This document shows, in pieces, positions 54,711 to 64,000 of a stretch of 64,000 nucleotides of DNA. Origin of the DNA: a virus. Lineage: Duplodnaviria; Caudoviricetes. The DNA is taken from IMG/VR virus record IMGVR_UViG_3300029288_000056, positions 160,001 through 224,000 of that record; one strand, given 5' to 3'. Positions within the stretch are counted from its first letter, which is position 1. Each line of letters begins with the position of its first letter. A program made the translations under genes and the position numbers. The notes beneath the pieces were generated by a model. The model ran no database searches and was not told the origin of the DNA. It saw only the letters and a program-made list of their open reading frames with translations.

Positions 54711-54739
54711 ATCCTATCACACCTTTTCGCAAAAGTCAA
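54711..54739 (-). promoter_or_regulatory. sigma70-type promoter TTGACT-17-TAGGAT, -10 box 5 nt from the ATG
   Basis: Conserved motif copy. Confidence 0.78.
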
Positions 54740-56286
54740 GCATTATTCTTGTTCTATGATATCGGTAATTTTATTCCCATCTGCAACAATTTTATACACC
54801 TTACCGATTTTCATGTTAAGGATTTTATCTTCGATGGCGGGGTCGTAATGAGCATACACACTGGCCACCCCGTTATAGTTAAACATAACCTCGTCATAAG
54901 ATGAGTGAATATCTATATCCTTAAGTGTAATGATACTAGTATCCACCTCATAACTTGACTGACACGCAATTGCAAGTGCAAAGACTACACCTACAACCAG
55001 AATAGTTAACCACTTATTCATGTCACATCTCCTTTAACATCTTGTACACGTCTGTAAACAACGGGACCGTTGATGGATCTTTCCGATAATCCATGTAGTA
55101 AACATCACAGTGATCAAATCCGGCATGTGTTACGTTAACACCGTCAGGCACGATTATGTTAAAACGGTCCACTCCGCAGCAGCGATCTGGTATAATGAAG
55201 TCTTCCGTCGCGATGTACCAGCTCCAATTGAAGTCGTAGTCGCGAGTATGAGTCACCTTGCCGCCGCGCTCTAAATAGCCTTTGAGCCACAGCGCATAGT
55301 CTGCGGCGGTAGCCCGCTTCAGGGTGGACATTAGGTCTGGTTTCCCTAAGACGCCGCCTCTGTATACATAGCCTGCAGGTTTCAAGATCTTTTTAGCCTC
55401 CTCAATAAGGTCTGGGTTTTTGATACTTCTCAGCGCCTTTAAAATGTGCGCTTCTCTAAAACCATGTCCCTCGATTTTACTCTCAACCTCAAACTCCACT
55501 TGCTTGAAGTACACACGGTCGAAAGTGTCATCAAGGTATTGAATTATTTTATCGTCCATCTTTCTCCTAAAAGTATTTACAATTAGACATATCGAAGGTA
55601 TGATACTCTTCTATGTGCTCTTCCATAAGGTCGGCGATTTTCTGCAAATGAGAATATGGATAGCAAGTATCGGCCTGAAGCGTATGGCAACCCTGCAATG
55701 TTCGCAATGCTCGCTTTAGTCTGAGAAACGAGTATCCTCTTTTGGTCAGATCTCTTGCCCAGCTGTCAGGAAAGAAATCGGGATAATCGGACTCGACGGT
55801 TGCGACAAGGTCTTCAAGGTTCATTCTTTTTAAGTTCTTAATCGGACAGTCGTCAGAAAGCCCACTCAAAGGACACATGAGACACTCGCACACACTCGTG
55901 TAAATATCGTCGTGATACTGTGTGCACATTTCGAAGAGCTTTAGTATTCCGTCTTTAAATTCCATTTGCGCCCCTAATCTTCTGGTACGGATTGTCTCGG
56001 AAGGTCCTCGTCTGACGGAATCTCACCGTGCGTAATGGTAACTGGATGGATATTGCACTTATGCGCCAATCTGTCGCCATATTCGTCTTTGGCAGGGAAG
56101 ATACAGATTTTGAAGAGGTACTTCCCTTCGATCATAAGTGTGTCGTCAACTTCACACAAAGGGATACAGTGTTCACATATAGGTGGAATAGGCTTGCCTA
56201 GACAGTCTTTCCTTCCGTTTACGTATCCTAAATGTAAACAGAACCATTTGTTTTGAGTTCTATCGCTCATCTCTCCTCCTGACGAC

Positions 56287-56315
56287 ATACTAACACAGTC
56301 TCTAGGAAAAGTCAA
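56287..56315 (-). promoter_or_regulatory. sigma70-type promoter TTGACT-17-TAGTAT
   Basis: Conserved motif copy, AGGAGG SD downstream. Confidence 0.8.
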
Positions 56316-59300
56316 GCGTTATTTTTACTTTTTAAAGTCCTTACATTGGTGAAGTTTCTGTCTCCTCCAGCGCTTTTTGTCGTCAGCTTTACAAAGCACC
56401 TTCCACTCACTCGTTTTAGTTTCATGGTCGAGACTACCAAGTTCGTCTAAACAATGTCTGCATTTCCCACAAAGCGATTCTGGTTCCATGTATGACATCT
56501 CTACTCCTTTAGTTTATTGTCCATTGTATCTCAGCCAAATTTGATCGGTACCTTCTTTTACGACGTATTGGATCATCTCGTCGTTCGTCTTGCCTAGACT
56601 ACGCAGTTCGTTCATCATCTTACAAGCATCAAATGCCACCAACACTACGGTAAGATCCTGCTCTAACTGCTCTTTAGTCATCGTGATTGTGTCTGCCATC
56701 TTATTCACCTCGTTTTGTAAAAGTACCATCTATGGCGTCGCATTGAGGAGCTTCGCTAAATCGCAAGACTAGGTCAATGCGACATTTCCCATCAACAAAC
56801 TCACTGCAGTCTTCTCGCTTTACAAACCATCGCTCTTGGTGCCCGCACCAAACTATATTTTCGGGGGGTAACATACTAACACACTCTCTAACCCACCTCT
56901 AATGGCGTCTTCCAACTCGTATTCATGTATATCATCTGTGGTAACCATTTCTATTCTTTTCATTGCGGACGTAATTATTCTTCCGTTCTCCACAACAAAT
57001 GAAAGTACATCCGCATCCTCATCCACAGCTAGTGCTGCGGATCTCATAGCCCATACAACTAATCCATCCTCAGTTCTATCTTCACCACTTAGCCAATTAT
57101 TAGCCCATTTACTCCAGACTTCATCCTTGTAAACCAACTTAACCAATCGAATGATAGTCTCCACTTGCTCGGTTGTTAGTCTTGGTAATTCCACCTTAGC
57201 ACCCAGCTTAAGTCTTCTTGCGCCGCATTTCATTCCGTCCTCCAACACATCGCCGTCCGTCTCACACGCAAAACAGAGGGGACTAGATATATTGGCGTGA
57301 TAAGGGTTCATCAACACTGCGATGTATTTGTTGGGGTAGTAGTGCAACCAACCTTTATTACAAAGGCTGCTGCTCCAGTTTGATTTTTTACCTTTTGGTT
57401 CCTGCCACTTTCCAACTTTCCACTTATAGTTGCCGTGGGTAGTCATGTCCTGTCTTAGAAGCTTTACCATTTTATCTCCTTGGTGTTATTGCTGCTGCAC
57501 TAATATACTCGGCTATGAAGGTCCAATAATCAGGTTGGTGAGCGGGAAACCCAAGACTGTCATTCTCGCCCTGCTGCTCTATGAAGTCGTCAGACGCCGC
57601 CTTCATTATCGCGGCAAACTCGGACTTAGGAATCCAAACGCCTTCAGTTGTAACACATTCTTTTCCGTCCCACTCTATACAGTCATCGCCGCCGCATCCA
57701 CAACAAAGACATAGTTCGTCGTGATCAGGGCGATACTGTCTAACGTCCATTTCTATATTAATTGCTGCCATTTTCTTCCTCGCTTTCCATTTGGCAAATA
57801 TCCATTATTCTGTCGGGATGGAAACAATGTGTTTCCCCGAAAGTGTAGTCTGGCTTGCACATCTTACAATCCTCGGCCATCTCGTATTCTAAACCTGTTA
57901 ATGGACAGATCATTTATCTACCTCTTTCATCAGTTCCTCACGACGCGCTTTGCCGTCTCGGTAGCCGGTGTCATAACTTGATTTATCGGAATCCAAAGGA
58001 CCGAGTGGATTCGCCATGTATTCATATCTACTACATAAATCTACATATCCATCAATATATCCTTGCCTATAATCTTGGTCGTATTGCTTGATGCTCTTGT
58101 CAACACACCCCGCCATGAGCAGGGCCATAAGGCAGAACAAAATATACTTTGCCATTTTACTCCTCACTCCGGTTCATAGGGACTGTTGGGATCGTCAAAC
58201 TTAACTTTGCCCGATTCTAGGTAGTCAGCAATTCTATCCAAAGAATCGTAGTTATCGCCGATAAATCTATAAACTTGGGAAGCAACGCCCTCACCCATTG
58301 AATAACCCCCGTTGCTATAAACACGCAACAATTCAGCGACTACTTCTTTATCGTCTTCAAAAATAGGATATGACATTTTACTCCTCGCTTTCAGGATAAA
58401 GATGTTCAAACAACGCTAAAAACGCATACTGTTTTCCACGTGCAAAATCGGAGTCTGCGGCTTTTTTACCGTATTGCTCCCGGAGATACGCTCTGGTCTC
58501 TATACATTCCCGCGCCAGCGCGACACAGTTATCCACGCTGCCAAACTCGTTATTGATGGCAGTGAGTTGCCGTTTGCTTTCTCTTAACGAATCAAGACAT
58601 GAATCGGCGATGAAGTTGCATGGCAACTTAACTTCTTCCCCACATATTACACAAAGGTTTTTGGCCGTCCTCACTTTTCCTCCTTATCCATCGAAACAAG
58701 CGCGGCTTGGAGTTCCACCTTGAGCATATCCATTGTTGAAAATGGAGAGCCTTGGATGAATGCCATCTGCAGCGCCTTATCTATTGCCTTCATAATTTCT
58801 TTCACCGTATATCTCGGCTTATCTAATGAGGCGCGGATCTCAATGAGCGTGGGGAGGTACGGTTTCAACACACCTCTCGACATAGACTTGATGGCGGGGT
58901 CTGATATAAATGTTATAAGCTCGTTCAGATCGTCCTGTGCTTTACTCATTAGTGTCTCCTTTTAATGTGTCGATCAAGAACCCTAGTTGATGAAAATAAG
59001 CGCATGTTATGGCATTATAGGGTATCTCTGATTGCAGAGTGACACGAAGTTCACCGATAAACTTTAGCGCATCGCCCACTCGCTTCTGACTCTCGGCAAG
59101 CTGACCACCTGCTACGGCTGCGACGGAGCGAAGAGTGCAAATGATAAAAGCAATATCCTCGAGAGTCACGACCATTCCCGTAACGCCTTCGGTTGCGAAT
59201 TTAAAGCGCTCTTCCAAGTAGTCGGCCAGCTTAATACACTCACCGCTTGCGATGCGGGCTGTAACGTCGTCCATTATGTTCATTTCATCTCCAATTTCTT

Positions 59301-62023
59301 TGCCAGCTCGGAACGCTGCGGTTCGGGGAGGGGGGAGAGTAGTGCGGTTAGGGCTTTATTAAATGCCTCGACCAATCCAGACATGCTACAACCCCAGCCT
59401 TTTACCTCATCATTATTTTTTTGATATATTTGGAATGCAAACGGCATTGTAATACATGATTCTGTTTCAGGCAGACGGGGAATTGGTTGAAATCCCTCAT
59501 TAAGCAATATTTCTATCCTCTTCACCATCTTCGCGCTCTCGGCGGCTTTGGCAAGCTCAGCTTGTGCCGCTGTAAGTTTATCTTCGCGCTCAAACCATTT
59601 CTTGTCAAAGACACTTCTGATAAACAGTGCGCCGAGAGCCAATAGCGACGCTAACGCACCTACAATAAATAGTCCCATAGCTATACTACAGAACAACGGT
59701 ACTGTCATAGTACTTCCTACTGCACCGTGATGAGTAGTTATGGGAACAACATACGGCATTGGTACTAACATTTAATTTCCTTCCACTGTAAAGTCCTTAG
59801 GGACTTTGGGAGATTTCCAACCTTCACATTGAGGTATACAATCGTTATTAGCTAATGGGCATAAGTTCTGATTGCATGGCAAATTAAACGCCCTATCCAT
59901 AAAAAAGCAGTATGTGGACGGCGAGGTTCTTTTACAATACCCCTTTACATACCCCTCTTCAAATATCGTCATATGCCGCAAGGTCTGCGCATACTCCCAA
60001 TCTGCGTATGAAGGATACGGTTTACCGTCTTCGTCACAAGGAACGTCCTTGAGCGATCCCCAACACCGAGGTATACGATTCCTATATGGAAACGAACAGC
60101 GAATCACTGGCATATACTTACAACTACAATGCCCTTCGGAATGGTTTTTATCGCACTCTGCCATAAACTCTCGCCAGCCATAGAGCTCGTCGTATTCGGG
60201 GCAAAGATGAGCAAGACGCGCGAAGAATTCATCCCAATTTGTAGATGGGGAGTAAACGTCTGAAAACATTATACCCTTTTCAATGGCTATGTCAATTAAT
60301 TTATGCTTTTGCTCCACAGTCAGTCTTGCCACTATTCCTCCAATTCCGAAAGATCATAGACCTTAGTTAAATCGCCAAAATCAAAAAAGCTGGGGCTAAA
60401 GGTTGCTAATACATCAGACGAACCCATGGGTTCATGCTGACATTCCAAAATAATATCGTCCCTCAGACAATTAGGGGCGGAAAATCGGGCATACTTATAG
60501 CCCAGTTTTTTGGCAGACAAAAGCATGTTGGTCTTAAAATTCTTAGTCACAGATATATGGCTTCTGGCGGTAGTGATTACCGCCAACGAGCCGGTTATGC
60601 CCATAATGAGCACAAGTAACAATAGTAATTCTCCCATTTCATTCCTCCACTGGTTTAAAGTATATCCATTTTTTACCGGTTGATTCCTCCACAACCATCA
60701 CCGGTGCGCCACAGCTACAGTTAAATATCGTAAACAGCTCTCTGCCCTTTCCCTCTAGCCCGGTGATAATCTCACAAGGTATCCAAGGTGTGGTCCTTTT
60801 GTTCCATGCCTCCACCTTAATCATATGGGTGGGGTCCTTACTACATTGGGCAATATAGCTCATCTGCGATCCTCGCTATCTATAGCCATTTACGATCCTC
60901 ATATCTATATCCATCAACTAGGCGCTCCGCATATAGCGACTTCATATAGTGCTCTAAGTGAGAATGCCCGCCCCTGTCTTTTCGCTTAGGTGGATTATTG
61001 GGGTCCCTAGGCTCACTACAGCTTACGCCGTATGCGCCGTAATATTGGCGAGAGGTCCATTCACAACGCTCACCATTTGCCTCACAGCCATCTGCGTTGG
61101 GACACCAACGCCACCTCTCGTCACCAAGAGCGATTATCCTGTACTTGTCTTCGAGGTTTCCACCCAGTCCTGCAAGAGCGAGCCCTAATAGCAGTCCCAC
61201 AAAGAAAATAGCAAAAGTAATCGTGTCGTCGTGTGTAGGGTTGGGTAGTGACGAAAAGGCGTATGAGCCTATAGCACCAAAGATGATGAAGATCCATCCA
61301 ACAACGGCCGTATAACCCCAAAACTGTCGCCAAAAATAATACCATTTGTAAGATTTCATTAGTCTTCCATTTCACCCTTTACTAAGGTCCACACCATCAT
61401 TGATACCATGGCGATACCGACCAACAAGTCTCCCAGCCACCAAAGGCTCGGGTCACCCTTTACCATTGCGACGGCGAGAAAGGCCAACAGGAAGTGTCCG
61501 AAGCTCCAAAGGTTCATCCAGAGTCTAATCATTAAGCCACTCCTCCCAAGTGCTGCAGAACAGTGCGAGGGCAAACATAAAAAAGATTATACCCATCGGA
61601 ATAGCAACCCACTCAGTCAGCCCCGCGTTGAATAGCAGGATGGGTATCGCAATAGACCCGATGAAACAAGCGGCGTAAAACAACATCACAAACATTACAC
61701 GAATGTAACCCCAAAAATCTTCCATTATTCCCCTTCGGTAGCGCCTGAGGGTTTGATTTCTAATAAATCATAAGCACCACAGCCGCGATGTTGTTGTATA
61801 AGTATCCAATCACCTTGTTTAACCCAAGCATGCATATAGTTCGGGGTATAGTTACCTTCCCAAAAGCCGCCGTCAACATCACGGACAGCCCACAGTTTAC
61901 CGTCTATGTGGATACTATCAACATGAACCCATGTCGGTTTAGCGTCACAACATATCAGCGTCATCATCAATAGTAAGGAAACCTTCATCATGTTTTTAAC
62001 TTTCATTATTATCCTCCATCAAC

Positions 62024-62052
62024 AATCTATCATAGGTCTATTCTGAAGTCAA
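62024..62052 (-). promoter_or_regulatory. sigma70-type promoter TTGACT-17-TAGATT
   Basis: Conserved motif copy, GGAGG SD downstream. Confidence 0.78.
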
Positions 62053-64000
62053 GCGATATTTTAGAGATACGCTATCCAGTTAATTAACGGATAGATAGCG
62101 ACTAATACTAAGATCCCAACTGCAATAATGAGCGCCCAGAATAAAGTCTGTATAGCTCGATCCATCTTCAAGGAACCTTGCATACGCTTCCGCCAAAACT
62201 CCACGCGTTTCCTGTATATCTCCCTTTGAGGAGAGTCGAGCAGTATGCTATACATATGATAGCTGTGAGCTTCTGCCCAGCTCGGGAACTTGAATATAGT
62301 AGCAACGACGCTGAGTGTGACGACTAGCAGTGTTATAATGGGAATCAGTATCATTATTCCTCCTTAAGAACTTTCTCAATAGTCTCGTCCAGTGCCTTAC
62401 TGAGTTCCACCAAGAAGTCAGTACGCACCAGATCAAACGCTTCCGCACCTTCATAATCTTCTTTGTCTGTATAAGTTCTGCGATGTGTTTCGAACAACCG
62501 AGATGTCGTCTGAAGTGCCCTGTTTCTAACACGCATCAATTTTTCACAAAGGGTTATGTAGGTGACCGCGTCTTTGCGCGTTTTAAAGCCACCCTCGTCT
62601 GCACAGGAGCCGGAACATTCGATTATCCATTCATCTTCATCATAGCATCCGGTTTCACTTTTGTATATACTTAAAGTTCCGGCGCATTTTGGGCATCTAA
62701 AAGTTTTCTCCATTACTCTCCTTTTCGGTTATGCCGAGTTTATCGAGAACTTCCATAATCATCTCTATCACCATATTCACAAGACTGGCGTTACCCATTC
62801 CCGGGCCGACGATTGCACAGACTTTCTCTCGCAGATTCTCGATCTGTCCTGCGAATAAGTACTCATCCTTAAAACTCGCCGCCACTCTTTCGGCCATGTT
62901 TGCGCGCTCATCCTGCCTGATTCGCTCATCATGTTCTTTTTGATAATTTTCTTTCCAGATAACGAGTTCATCGGTTAAGCGAGTGATTTCCGCATAACAG
63001 TCCTTCACGTGACCCCACTTATGCGATTCACTGGTGTGACAGTTCCAATCGTTTATATCTATTCGCTCAAACATATTCTTCTCCATCGATGTTTAATTTA
63101 GTCATCACATAAAGCACCCGAATACCCAGTGGTATCCCGATGATACTCACGAAACACACAATGGCCACTAAGAACAGAACAAGATAAGCCATAACTTTGA
63201 GTATGAATATCATTTTTTGCTTCTTATCCTCGCCAGCTCTGATGCATAGAAGTCCTTATAGCTTTGTTCTAATGCATTAAGCTGGCGGCCTGCTGATATT
63301 GCTGCTATCATGAGTGCGATAAACATCGCTAACCCAACTCCAATAATTATCCAAAGAAATGTAGAATCCATTACTCCTCCAAACTATAGTAGGATGCCTT
63401 AACGGCGTTGATTATAGAGGACAAAACCATAATGAGCGCGGCCACAAACATCATGATTATAACCCATACACCCACATGATATCCAAAGTTTTGCACAGGA
63501 TTATCACCCATCATTTTCACACCCAGACACGATAGACCGAATAAGACTGGCGCGAGAATGATCTGATATATCGCCATCAACAAGTGACGAACTACTTTAT
63601 CCATTTTGTTTCTCCAAGTATCGTTTCAACTGAAGTAACGACCTTTCTACACCGTCTATTACTTCGTCCGTGAATGTCGCAAGGTTTGCCCAAAACTCTT
63701 TCCCCTCTTCTGATACTTGACTGAAGGCTTCGGGAAATTCACCTGCCACGCTTTTTCGCGCCATCATAACTAAAAGGCGCATGCCTTCGGAGAAACTTAG
63801 TTCGTCCATTTAATCCTCGTCTCTGTAGAAATGGCTACTAAGAACATCATAGAGTTCGTTAACTTGGCCGATGCCTTGTGTTGCCTCCTCTAATCTAGCA
63901 ACACGCCTCTCTAGCACCGGAATTTCGTATTGCTTTGCAACCGCTTCTATCCTTCTCACGGCACTAGAGACAGCATCCTCTACCTTACTCTTCGTGTCGT

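Larger units (their letters stand above)
45118..64000 (-). other. dense array of small hypothetical genes (phage accessory/early-type region)
   Basis: Dozens of 60-200 aa minus-strand ORFs with AGGAG SDs and overlapping stop/start codons; many are Cys-rich or membrane proteins. Confidence 0.75.

Noticed and set aside
1-64000. Numerous plus-strand ORFs in the track other than 27124-28365
   Set aside because: They are antisense shadows of well-supported minus-strand genes or tRNAs, with no recognisable motifs
1-64000. Stop-codon recoding or suppressor tRNAs
   Set aside because: Long conserved genes are intact in code 11 and all three stops end genes; anticodons TAA/TAG/TGA read Leu/Leu/Ser codons, not stops
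1-64000. Bacterial chromosome origin (dnaE, recA, clpX, def, ssrA)
   Set aside because: No housekeeping operon context; single-strand arrays of small unknown genes, homing nucleases and RNA ligases fit a large phage

Overview
A 64 kb segment of a large dsDNA bacteriophage genome, read in standard code 11 (TAA, TAG and TGA all act as stops). Genes are densely packed and all but one lie on the minus strand; no intact structural module is present. Replication and nucleotide genes: dnaE, recA, class II RNR nrdJ, tmk. Proteostasis genes: clpX, an HslV-like Thr peptidase, peptide deformylase. RNA-repair genes: two RNA ligases, a Thg1-like protein, an RlaP-type nucleotidyltransferase carrying a LAGLIDADG intein. 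Modification-erasing enzymes: HDAC, macrodomain, NADAR-like. Also present are a type IIG-like RM fusion, three free-standing HNH nucleases, six dispersed Leu/Ser tRNAs, and a one-piece tmRNA whose tag frame is only two codons (GCA GCC TAA). Fifteen copies of a sigma70-type promoter (GCTTGACTT-N-TRTGW-TANNNT) punctuate the window. The most striking pattern is that five of six tRNAs abut or overlap the stop codon of the upstream gene. In three cases, including two HNH nucleases, tRNA 5' maturation would remove the stop codon, linking tRNA processing to the phage's own minimal-tag tmRNA and ClpX. Other unexplained structure: four tandem degenerate prohead-protease-like genes behind clpX, a dispersed lipoprotein family, a structured non-coding stretch after tRNA-Ser(UGA), and candidate leaderless genes. 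All family calls are from motif recognition by eye; no database search was run.
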